A stretch of DNA of 64,000 nt from Nageia nagi. Its lineage: Eukaryota > Plantae > Pinophyta. The notes under the pieces are model-generated. The model saw only the letters and a program-made list of their open reading frames with translations, ran no database searches and was not told where the DNA came from. This document shows positions 1-10,489 of the stretch, in pieces; the first letter of the stretch is position 1; every line of letters starts with the position of its first letter. Where the stretch lies: assembly GCA_050084985.1 (NCBI GenBank), contig JBITNC010000001.1, positions 166,842,001-166,906,000 of the forward strand, in the 5' to 3' direction. The translations under genes were made by a program, and so were the position numbers.

Positions 1-1380
1 TTTTGCAAAACTTTGGATGAAGTTCACAGTTGGAGGACAAGAGTATACTCTCATAGGGTTACGAGCAGGACCTTCACTTGTTGTGAGTTCACATCATATG
101 GAAAAGATCCTTCATCGAAGTGGGAAGGGAGTGATGGCCCAATTATTTTTTATTCAGTCCATGGAATTAGAAGTGGGGGAGTCTAATGCATTGAAATAGT
201 TGGTGGATTAGCATAAAGATATCAAATAGTTTGTAGCTGAATGTGATGTGTGTCAATGATAGAAAGGGGAAACAATAGGCACTCTAGGCCTCATCCATCT
301 GCTTCCCATTCCAGAGCATACATGGATAGATATTTCAATGGACTTTATTGTGGGCCTTCCAAAATCACATGGCAAATCAGTTATCATGGTGGTGGTGGAT
401 CGATTATCTAAATATGCACATTTCTATTCTTTATCCCATCCCTATAAGGCCATCAATGTGACTCAACTATTTATGGATAATATTTTCAAACTTCATGGCA
501 TGCCAAAGACTATTGTCAGTGATCGTGATCCAACCTTCACTAGTCATTTTTGGAGGGAATTTTTTAGGCTTCAAGGAACCCAACTCAACATGAGTTTAGC
601 CTATCACCCCCAAACTGATGGTCAAATAGAAATTGTTAATAAGTGTTTAGAGACTTATTTACATTGCTTTGCTTCAGTACAACCACTTCATTAGGTAAAA
701 TGGATCCCATTGGCCGAATGGTGGTACAATTCTTCATACCATTCCTCAATCAAGATGACTCCCTATGAAGCATTGTATGGATAGGCACCCCCTATAGTGT
801 CATCTTATGTGGTAGGTAGTAGTAATGTTTCGACAGTCGATTTAGAGTTGATTAACCGAGATGGTATTCTTCATTTGCTCAAGGAACACCTACAAGCTGC
901 ACAACATCATATGAAGCAACAAGTTGATCAACAATGAGTCGAGAGAGAATTTCAAGAGGGTGACATGGTATTTTTATGACTTTAGCCTTATAGGACCAAA
1001 ATCCCTTAAGATCAAAGGACTGCAAAAGTTGGCTCCAAAATTCTACGGGCCTTATAAAGTTCTTCAACGCATTGGACCTACTGCCTACAAGTTGGAGTTA
1101 CCGATTGCTTCTAGAATCCATCTAGTTTTTCATGTCTCTTGTATTAAGAAAGTGGTTGGTTCCCAGGTACAGATTCAAACATAGTTACCAAAGTTCATAG
1201 AAGATGGCTCCATGCTAATTGAACCTAAAGGAGTTTTAGCACGACGTTCCTATTGACTTCATAATTGTACTATTACTAAAGTTCTCGTGCAATGGTGAGG
1301 ATTAGAACCTGAAGATGCAACTTAGGAAGTGCTACATCAACTACATCTACAATTTACTAAATTTAAGCTTTGAGGACAAA
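1..1380 (+). pseudogene. Degenerate pol: protease C-terminus fused to integrase and chromodomain, with RT/RNase H absent
   Basis: FAKLWMKFTVGGQEYTLIGL; FVAECDVCQ zinc-finger half; ISMDFIVGLPKSHGKSVIMVVVDRLSKYAHF, IVSDRDPTFTSHFW, YHPQTDGQ (338-694); KLAPKFYGPYKVL (GPY/F); VLVQW*GLEPEDAT*E chromodomain (~1220-1370). Several TAG/TGA stops. Confidence 0.92.
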
Positions 1381-1390
1381 GCTTTGTTCT

Positions 1391-1403
1391 AAGAGGGGTG
1401 GCA
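1391..1403 (+). promoter_or_regulatory. Polypurine tract of the Reina-like element
   Basis: aagaggggtggca immediately before the LTR TG. Confidence 0.8.
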
Positions 1404-1790
1404 TGTTAGGATCCCACATCCTAACATTTAATTATATTAGTAGTATACTTATGATGTAACCAAATTGTAATGTGAATACCATAATTATTAGTAGGGCAGA
1501 TTAGGTTTAGGGTTAGTATCATATAAATATGTTGTATGGCTTGAGAATATCATCAATTAGCTCATATTTTTGGATTTGAAGTGTAAGGAGGAAGCCCCCT
1601 CGAAGCGGCTAGCGATTTAGCTTTTATTTAGTAAAGTTATTGTGATTCAGTGTTTTCATTTGCAAATTCGAGCTCTATTATCTATTGAATGTTGATAAGT
1701 TTTGTAGATCTGCTCTTATTTCATTGAAAAGCTAGAAATCTTGTTGTTGTTTTTGCATTATTTTATTTAAGAACTAGCAGAATCGTAACA
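1404..1790 (+). repeat. 3' LTR (387 bp)
   Basis: Starts tgttaggat and ends atcgtaaca (8/9 terminal inverted repeat); tataaat near 1522. Partner LTR not in window. Confidence 0.8.
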
Positions 1791-2496
1791 ACTCCATTTG
1801 TTCAAATAGTTTGATGGATTCATTATTAAAACCATTCTTTGCATACCTTGCAATCATTGTAATCTATAAAATTATTTATTCATAACATATCTTATCAAAC
1901 CTTTACCAATAGGATTATAAATAGTAGTAAATATTTATAAACCTCTTAATATAAAGAATTTTGGATTTTATTTTACTTTTTTAAAATACAAACCATAGAT
2001 GAGTCCAATTTAGCTTAAAATTTATGGTAGTTGTAAAATTATATGGTTCAACTAACCATGGTTTTATTTTTTTTTAGGAATTTAAATGCAAATAATATCT
2101 TTTACCCTTGATATTTTTGATATTAGTCATCTTGAAATGATACTAATTTATTTGTTTTCTAATATAATCATCTCTTATACCCACTATACACATAGTTTAT
2201 GTGATATAGATTCACCAACATCTCAAGAACTCAAATGCTTTTTCTCAATGGAATTTTTTTTATTCCTATTTTAATATTTTATGACAAATGCTCATCTCAT
2301 TTTTACTTAGATGTCTATTTAATATTTTTTATAGACATTAATATATATTACATATACTTATCTCATATTTCTTGCATATTCTCATCTTCAATTTCTTATA
2401 GAAGCTCATCTAAATTATAGGTGATGTTGTAGAATCTATTGAATATCTTATAATGAGTACTTAATTTTACTATATATGAGTATTTTATTGATTTCT

Positions 2497-3211
2497 AGAG
2501 ACCATTTATTTTAGTATAGGTCTCTAACTGATGTGAACGACATACTATTAGATAGATTTCAAAAAGAGCTTTCCAATGAGTAGTCATATTACTCATTTTG
2601 AGTAATAAATGAACCATCAAAGTTTGAAAATGCAAATATACATTTATAGTAAGATACAAACATATATCACCTACCAGGAAAATAGATACAAATGCATATC
2701 TTAAAACTTTAATATGTGTGCCTACATTTTACTATAGATGCATATATGTATTTTACTATACACATCTACATTTTTAATTTGTTATAGGTTATTCCTTACT
2801 CAATAGAAGTCATGTGACCACTTGTTGGAAAACTCTTTTTGAGATTTATCTAATCGTATATTATTTATATCAATCAAACACTTGTGAAAACATTCATGGT
2901 CTCTAAAGATATATTTTCAAATTTTAAGAGACCATTTATTTTGTTGCAGGATTTTGATTATTGTAAATGATATACCATTGGATAGATCTTAAAAAAACTT
3001 TTGAACAAGTGATCATGAAACCCATTCTAAGTAAGAAATGACTCATGAAAGGTTTAAAATGCAAATACATGTTTGCACTTTCAACCTTTAACAAATCATT
3101 CCTTACTCAAAAAGTCATGTGATCACTCATTAGAAAACTAATTTTGAGAGCAATTCAATGGTATACCATTTATATCGATAAAAAAATCTTAATAACATTT
3201 ATGGGATCTCT
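2497..3211. repeat. Two tandem foldback (inverted-repeat) units, probably a DNA-transposon/MITE-like remnant
   Basis: agagaccat...(2497) is inverted at ...atggtctct (2904). The same forward arm recurs at 2927 and folds about acatgt (3067-3072) to 3211. Confidence 0.7.
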
Positions 3212-3665
3212 ATATTGAATGCTTTATGGAAGTAAATTTTAGTTATTACACTGAAAACTTGAAATATTATTTATAAAAATAATTATATTATATATTATAA
3301 TGTGTATTTTTATAATGGTTAGTTACTATTTATCAAAATATTCATTATAAATGAAATTTGAGTTAGGTTACCTATTAGATTATTATTTCATTTTAATTGA
3401 TGAAAGAGTTACGTAAAAGGTTTCAAACCTATGTGAACATAGATGTTCCTTACAAATTATCATTTCTAATGTTTTTACAACTTATTATTTTATTAATATA
3501 ATATTAAGATTTTACCAATATATTATATGTTTTTTTTTTTTTTCAAATTCACATAACTTCACTTGTTAATCTAGAAACTTTAGAATATTTTTTTATCATA
3601 ATCTCAAAACTATTTTGTCTTAATTTGAAAAAATAATAGCTCAATTTATTATTCATAATTCAATT

Positions 3666-6600
3666 TGAAATGTCCATCTAATTCTAATTAAAATCAATAC
3701 AATTTTTATTTTGTACAGATCCATATTCACACTTAAATTTATTTATAAATTAGGTTATGGCATTTCCATATTTGATTTTAAGTTAATCATTGTATACGAC
3801 CCTTAAGTAGATGAGGATAATCAAACCCCATAGTTTCCAATTCATAGGGTAGCTATTTCTTTGAACACCTCCCATGTTCATATGTTTAGCACTTCTAATT
3901 CTAACATCTCCCATGCTGGAAATACCTTATACCATTTGTGACCTTTGGCTTCTTCTTAGGGACCATACACCTAAGAAGGGACACACATTTCCTAATCATC
4001 ATTCATTCTTCTCCATGAAGTGATCCTAAGTGTAAGCCAAGTGAATCAACTTCTTATCACATCCCATGAAAGAAGTCAATGTTAATCTCACTACCTTGAG
4101 ACTAACTAAAGTACCTTTACTTGCCCATATCACTAGTAAAGGACCAACACTAAAGCCTTATAGCCATTACATACCCATAATTCCTGTAATTGCTACTAAT
4201 GCCAGAAATAACCTTTTCATTATTTCTTAGCTAAGTGTTTATGGATTTATGATAGAACTAGAATTTTATCTTTTTCTAAGTTTCCAAACTATCTATTACT
4301 TTCTAAGGATCCTCTACTTTAGTTTTGTACTTAAAATGAAATATTATCCACTCGATGCAAATCCTACTACAAGATTTTCCAAAGCCCATACTCTAAAAGT
4401 GCAAAATTGATCCCTATCATTTCATGTCCAAGTTAATTCTAGATTTGACCTATGTTTGATATTTAGAGTTAAACTTTATAGTGAAAAAAAATATTATTGA
4501 ACTAATCTCATTATCTTAAATGATTTCATATTTTCACCAAAAAATCAACTATCTTAAGAGTTTAACAAGTTGAATTCTTAATAACATTTTCTATGGTTTA
4601 TGTGACAAACACTTATTAAAGTCAATTCAAATAAAAATAAGTCATTTTAAAAGATTATATAAAGAAACTAAAATTCATTACAATATCAACTTTATGATTC
4701 TTCTACTCATTCACATTGTATTTCATATTTATATTCATTTGATACCAATAAAAATAAGATAGCCTCTTTTCTACAACTTATCAACAATCAAACTTCACAT
4801 CATGTAATACATTTTTCCACTTGAGTATTTTTGAAAGAGTTTACAAAATCATCAAAATCAATTGATTTCAATACATATAAACACATAATTTATGTCTTCT
4901 CTTGTTGAACTCGAACATTTTCTTTTCAACTTGGAGATAAGTCTCTATCATGAATTTAAACTTTGATTGGATCATATCAACTCTTCTTTGAGTTCTAAAT
5001 GTATCTTATGGACATATCAACTTTAATGCAATAAAAGAAATGAATAACATTCCATGCTAAAAACTTCCCTTCTTATTCCAAAACAACATGCACATCCTTT
5101 TCTTGATAATCATAAATTTTAAAATCAAACATAGATAATTTACTTTATCATAAACTTTTAAAGTTTCCATTCACCTATCTATGCAAACAATAAGTTTAAG
5201 ATTAATACATTTATCTTTTCTGTATTCACAAAAAAAATAACATAATATAATATTTATCATATTATAACTAACTTTTATATATATATAAAACAAAAATGAC
5301 AAAGGGAGGGGGTTGGTGTGCACCACATGCCACCAGCCATGCTGTGCCGCTTCCTCCCCTTGGTAACCTAAACACGGGGCCAACCATTATACTGAGCTGA
5401 GCCATAAATTTTTTAAAAGACTAATATTGTAATTTTTTTTAACTTCAACACAGTAATTTAAAATATAATTATAATACATATAACAAATTCAGTAAATTAA
5501 AAATAAAAGTACGAACTTAGATTACTAATTATAGTAATCTATTTTTCAACAATTCAAGAGGTTGACACAATTTTTTTTTAACTTTTCTCAGATTTTCAAT
5601 TAAAAAATTTAAAGGAGATATAAACTTTGCGACTGTAAAAATTCTACAATAAGCAATTTTTATGCAAATTCACTAGTTTTCTCTTTCAAAAGAAAAATAA
5701 CTAGAAACTCCCTCTGCATTTCAAATCAATGAATCCAAATAGAAAATTTTTCTGGAAAGTAAACAAAACTAGCTTGTAATAGAACATAGTGCCCCCTATT
5801 GATTTAATAATCTAGATTTCATTCCCAAATTAGATTATCAAATTAAATATGCACACAAATTTATAATGTGTTTCATTCAAAATAAAACCCAAAAAAATTT
5901 AAAATGAAAACATATACTTTCTTTTCTAAAGAAAATAAATGCATGATTTAAAAATCACCTTTTGTTTTATAAATAGGACCCTTTTGTAATTATTTCCTTC
6001 ACTTCACCTAATAATGCAAGCCAATTCCAAATCCAAAATGAGCCAACAATAATAATCCCAAAAATCTCATACAAGCCAACATAAAAAAGATGAACCACAA
6101 TAGTTACAAAAATTTGGCAGGGTTGCAGTTTCAAAAATTGACCCTCAAAACCCATAGGAGCATAAAATTAAAACTAGTTTAACTCTAGGTTTTGATATTT
6201 TATCCAAAAACTTACTTTTTAAATAAATATAAATATATAGTATATTATAGATAATTTATTTATCTTTTATTTCAAAATAATTAAATATTTAATAAATACA
6301 ATACATGTAGATATTAAATATACTATATATTCATCTACAATAACATTTTTTATTTTTATTTTTCATATACAAAGTAAATAAGCAAGACAATGGTAAAATA
6401 TTTTTCACAAACACACACAAGCATGCAATACAAAGGAAAAATAGAGTTCTTTTACCATTAAGGCAACCTCTTCACTCTTAATCACACACAAACATATTAA
6501 AATGCCTATATGTCATGTCCACTTTGCATCCAATCAAGTGACCCACTCACTTGGGCACTTGTTCTTGTAAACACATCAACTCTAAGAAGTATCAAATTCA

Positions 6601-6738
6601 CTAGAGTATATGTAATAAACATTGATAATAATGAAAAAAAATAGAAAAATGATCTCATAAGCATATTTCAAATACAAACATACTTATCACAATATTATTC
6701 TAAATGTATAAAATAATCTTAAGGGGAGGGTGACCATA
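3666..6738 (-). repeat. 3' LTR of Tekay-like element
   Basis: tgaaatgtccatcta...ggggagggtgaccata; colinear with 19543-21163 plus 26370-27821. Confidence 0.9.
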
Positions 6739-6750
6739 TCCTTCCCCCTT
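6739..6750 (-). promoter_or_regulatory. PPT of Tekay-like element
   Basis: tccttccccctt on + (aagggggaagga on -) abutting the LTR. Confidence 0.85.
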
Positions 6751-6759
6751 AGGAACAAC

Positions 6760-7745
6760 AAAGTCATATGTGTTCATATTATTCATAAAATAAATGTACT
6801 AAAATAAGTAAGAAAATTGTTCTTTTATAACATCAACATTTTCCCAATTAATGGAAGACTTAGAATATTGATCCCACTGAAATCAATGCTCTCTTATTTC
6901 ATTAAATTTCTTATCTAGTAGTTCTAAAACTAATAACTCTCATAGGAAATATTTCAATAGTAATCGTATTTACCATCTTCAAATTAGTTAAATCCAAAAC
7001 ATGTGAGGGATCAACAATATATTTCCTAAGTAGAAATATATGAAAGACATCATGGATCTTTGGTAGTGTAGGTGATAAGACAAATTTATAAGCAACTAGA
7101 CTTATTTTTCATATAATTTCAAAAGTCCCTACAAACTGTGGATCCAACTTAGTATACTTTAAGATACTTTTCATAGGATGAACTCATAAGAATACTTTGT
7201 CACTCGAAAAGAATTCTTATGTTTAAATTAGCGTAATGCTTTTGATGATCAAATTCTCCCTTAAACGTTTTCTAAATTATTTTAATTTGCTCCTCCATTT
7301 CCTTCAAATGATTAGGTTCAATTACTACTCGATCCTCTAGACTATCCCATGATAATGGAGTTATACACTTGCATATAACACCTCAAAAGGTGCCATCTTC
7401 AAGGATGAGAGATAAGAGTTATTATAATCAAACTCAACTAAATACAAGTAATCTTCCTATTTATTTTTTTGGTCTATATAATACTTCCAAAATATGTCTC
7501 CAAGAATCCTACTAACACATTCATCTTGACCATCCCTATCTAAAACTATCACTTGAAGAAACTCGTGTGACCAAATAATCTCCTTAATAAACTTATGTGC
7601 AATAGTTGGAGCATCATCCATTGTATTTTTGGAAATAAAATGAGCTACTTTAGTGAGATAATCAACTATGATAAATATAGAATCATGATGAAATCTTGTT
7701 TTAGACAAACTCATAATGAAATCCATTGAAATAGTTTGTCATTTT
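6760..7745 (-). pseudogene. Integrase core/C-terminus and chromodomain remnant of Tekay-like element
   Basis: ISMDFIMSLSKTRFHHDSIFIIVDYLTKVAHFI (7457-7726); MAPFEVL; KLDPQFVGTFEI; IHDVFHIFLLRKY. Continues the frame broken at 16016. Confidence 0.85.
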
Positions 7746-7758
7746 TTATCCATAATTT

Positions 7759-9417
7759 TTTTTATCAAAACTAGCAAGTAAATTTGATATTAATAAAAAA
7801 AAAAGAAAATCAAGTTTTGAAAGGGACTCAAAAAAACTATTTTACATCCATAGAGGGAATAAAGCCTATTTTCCTCTATAAAAAATAAATTGAGTATAAT
7901 ATAACTCTATCATATAAAAACCATAACAATAGTCCCCATAATTCCATATAAAGAAGGCAATATAGTAGTATTATAAGTCTTGATTTGTCATTTGTTCATA
8001 ATTAAGTAAAACGAAGCACTACAAGAAAACAACCTTTAACTCCCTATCCAAATAATAGTAGATAAGTTCATGGTAAAAAATAGAGTTGTTATCATTTCGA
8101 CTATTTTGAAAGAGTAAACATAGAAAGCATTTTCTCTAAATTTGCAACTTAATCATAAAAAATAAAAACAACTAGCCCTGATTGTTGTTGCCATTATTTC
8201 ACTTCACCTTCTTTATTGGTTTGACTTTGAAGTAGATTCCTAAGTTGTACTAAGCCTTGATAGAGGTTTGGATCATTGCAAAGATGTGATACTAGAATTC
8301 CCATGCCCTTACCTTAGTAGGATGAAAAGGTTCCTCATCAATTATTTTTCTTAAATTCTATTAGTTTTGTTTGTAGAATTTTCTATATATTTTCCTCCAA
8401 GCTTTTCTCTTTTGCATAAAGGATTATTTTTGAATGTTGTTTCCTTGCATACATTCATAAATAGGGATGGATTCAAACACAACACTTGGGCACCCTTAAC
8501 ATCTCTTTGCTTCTACCAATATTGCATTATACAGATTAATTTTATGAGGCATGCAAATAAGTTAGATTTTATGATTCCTATAGTTTTGAGGTTTGGGGCA
8601 CCTCCATATATTTTCATATACAACAAGAGGGAGATTGAGGAGATCAATTTCAATATTTTGAATGGGGCTAAGAGGAAGAGTATCATAAGTTGTAATATTG
8701 TATTTGGGTGGGATGTTTTCATTAATTACCTCCTTAGGAGATTGCTTCGAAAATTCCTCATCAAGATCTGGATCCATCCCATTAGTTTGAGAGACTTTGT
8801 GTTTCCTCTTTCTTTCATAAGCATGTAGGATGGGTGGGGTTGAGTGATGGTTGACATTGATTTTAGTTTGTTCAAGGATATTAGAATTATCTTAGGCAAG
8901 CTAGTATTACCTTCCTCTCTCATAGAGCTATCAATAATAAGGATAGATTTAGGATCCAATGTAACATACCTTTTCTCATATAGATGAACACATTGAACAA
9001 GTCCATCTTCTCAAGCGGGTTAGAAGCCCTCTTACTTCATTCATTAATCCCTGAGATATCCTATTCCTAACTATCTTCTAGGTTAACCTTATATTGCAAA
9101 TCCTAGTTTAGATCATCCTTAATGATAACATTATAAGCTTGAGATGTTGTCCTTCTATGCTTCCAGAATCAAATTGGGTCTTCTTCATTCTCATCCTCTT
9201 CATTACCCTGAGTTTGATTATTCTCCTCATTATTGGTATTTTGCATCAATATTTTGAGGTAAATCCTCTTGGATATTCACCTCATTAGAGTTCTTCTCAT
9301 GCCTTCTTTGGGCCCTAATTTGTCTATCACTTTGGTGGTGAGAGCCTCGATGACCTTCCTCTTTATTCTGATGTTATCTCTAAACAAAGTTAACAAGATA
9401 GTGCCGATAAACTAGTA
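7759..9417 (-). mobile_element. Poly(A)-tailed retroposed insertion (LINE-mobilised, unknown origin) in the CRM 3' LTR
   Basis: 9-bp direct repeat ccataattt at 7750-7758 and 9418-9426. Minus strand ends ...ctagttttgataaaaaaaa. Decayed hydrophilic reading frame; no RT motifs seen. Confidence 0.65.
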
Positions 9418-10447
9418 CCATAATTTAGAAGATTAAATTTGAACTTTAATCATCCTTGAGAATCAATTCACACTTAACTAATTAAATTCTTGCAACTAGA
9501 AAGATTTAGAAAATTATAACTATAACCATGTGTAAAATTAGAGAAGAATGAAAATCACACCACATAAAGAAAAATCAATTACCCTAGTTTACCCGATGTG
9601 GGCTACATCCAGCAACAAAAGATCTCTTCAATTAGTGGATGGAATGGTGTACAATGACCTCAATATTATTTTAGCACCTCTTCTCACATTCACACAAACA
9701 TAATAACTTTGAAACATACATAAAACTGCACTCCAACTCTTTACAATCCTTCTCCTTAAACATTTTTAAATTGCCTCCTTTAATAAGAGAAAGAAAAGCC
9801 CAAATTTGTAGTATTTTATAATAATAAAAAACTATACATTCATTATTTACAAATACCCAATATCCTCCTCTAGCTATAGTTCAAATTTGGGCTTAAATGG
9901 TTGAGCCAATCTCTTAGAATAGGCTTTTGAAGTTTAAAATACATGCTCTCTAGATAATAGTATTAATAGGTCTGAAAATAAACTTTATCCACTAATAAAA
10001 ATATTCCGTTCACATTTAAAACTTTCAAATATTGTAAAAATTACTAAACAAGATGGATCCAATAATATGGTGGCACTTGGTAGCTTGTAATCTGGCCTCC
10101 AAAATGCCCCCTCGCAATCTAGCCTCCAAAACACCCCTCATAATTTGGCCTCCCAAATGCCCCCCATTTCATTAAAAACATTACAAACTTCAAAATGCAG
10201 TAACTTTTGATCATGAAGTCAATTTCATGAACTATAAAAAGTGTAAAAAAGAGGAAGATGAGATTTACAACATGATGTAATATTTTTTTTAATTTTTTTA
10301 ATAAAAAATACCCAAACTTTGAAAACAAATTTCTCACACATACGAGATTAGATTCTCAATCTGGAAGAAGCATCATGAAGCTAGAGATGAACTAAGCATA
10401 ATAAACTAGATCATGCTAAATATTAAGAGGATACAAATTTTAGATCA
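9418..10447 (-). repeat. 3' LTR of CRM-like element (its outer 13 bp lie at 7746-7758)
   Basis: Colinear with 15040-16015; ends tagatca; followed by ttaatccccact (PPT agtggggattaa on -). Confidence 0.9.
10089..10168. repeat. ~27-bp tandem repeat inside the CRM LTR
   Basis: aatctggcctccaaaatgccccctcgc-type unit x3 here; x2 at ~15650-15703 in the 5' LTR. Confidence 0.8.
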
Positions 10448-10489
10448 TTAATCCCCACTAAAAGAGAGCTTTTTACCCTAAAATCATTT

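Larger units (their letters stand above)
1..1790 (+). mobile_element. Ty3/gypsy chromovirus (Reina-like), 3' portion, internally deleted; 5' end lies outside the window
   Basis: Protease tail, integrase and chromodomain run up to a PPT and a short TG..CA LTR. The short LTR and chromodomain abutting the PPT suggest Reina (inference). Confidence 0.85.

Noticed and set aside
2086-2420. Two short + strand ORFs in non-LTR background
   Set aside because: I/F/Y-rich compositional ORFs with no recognisable domain.
5171-5383. 70-aa ORF with a plausible-looking N-terminus
   Set aside because: Lies within an LTR, crosses a (TA)n tract and is not conserved in the sister LTR.
8367-8828. Longest ORF in the track (153 aa, +)
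   Set aside because: Non-ATG start; hydrophobic F/I/L-rich shadow antisense to the coding-like minus strand; no motifs.
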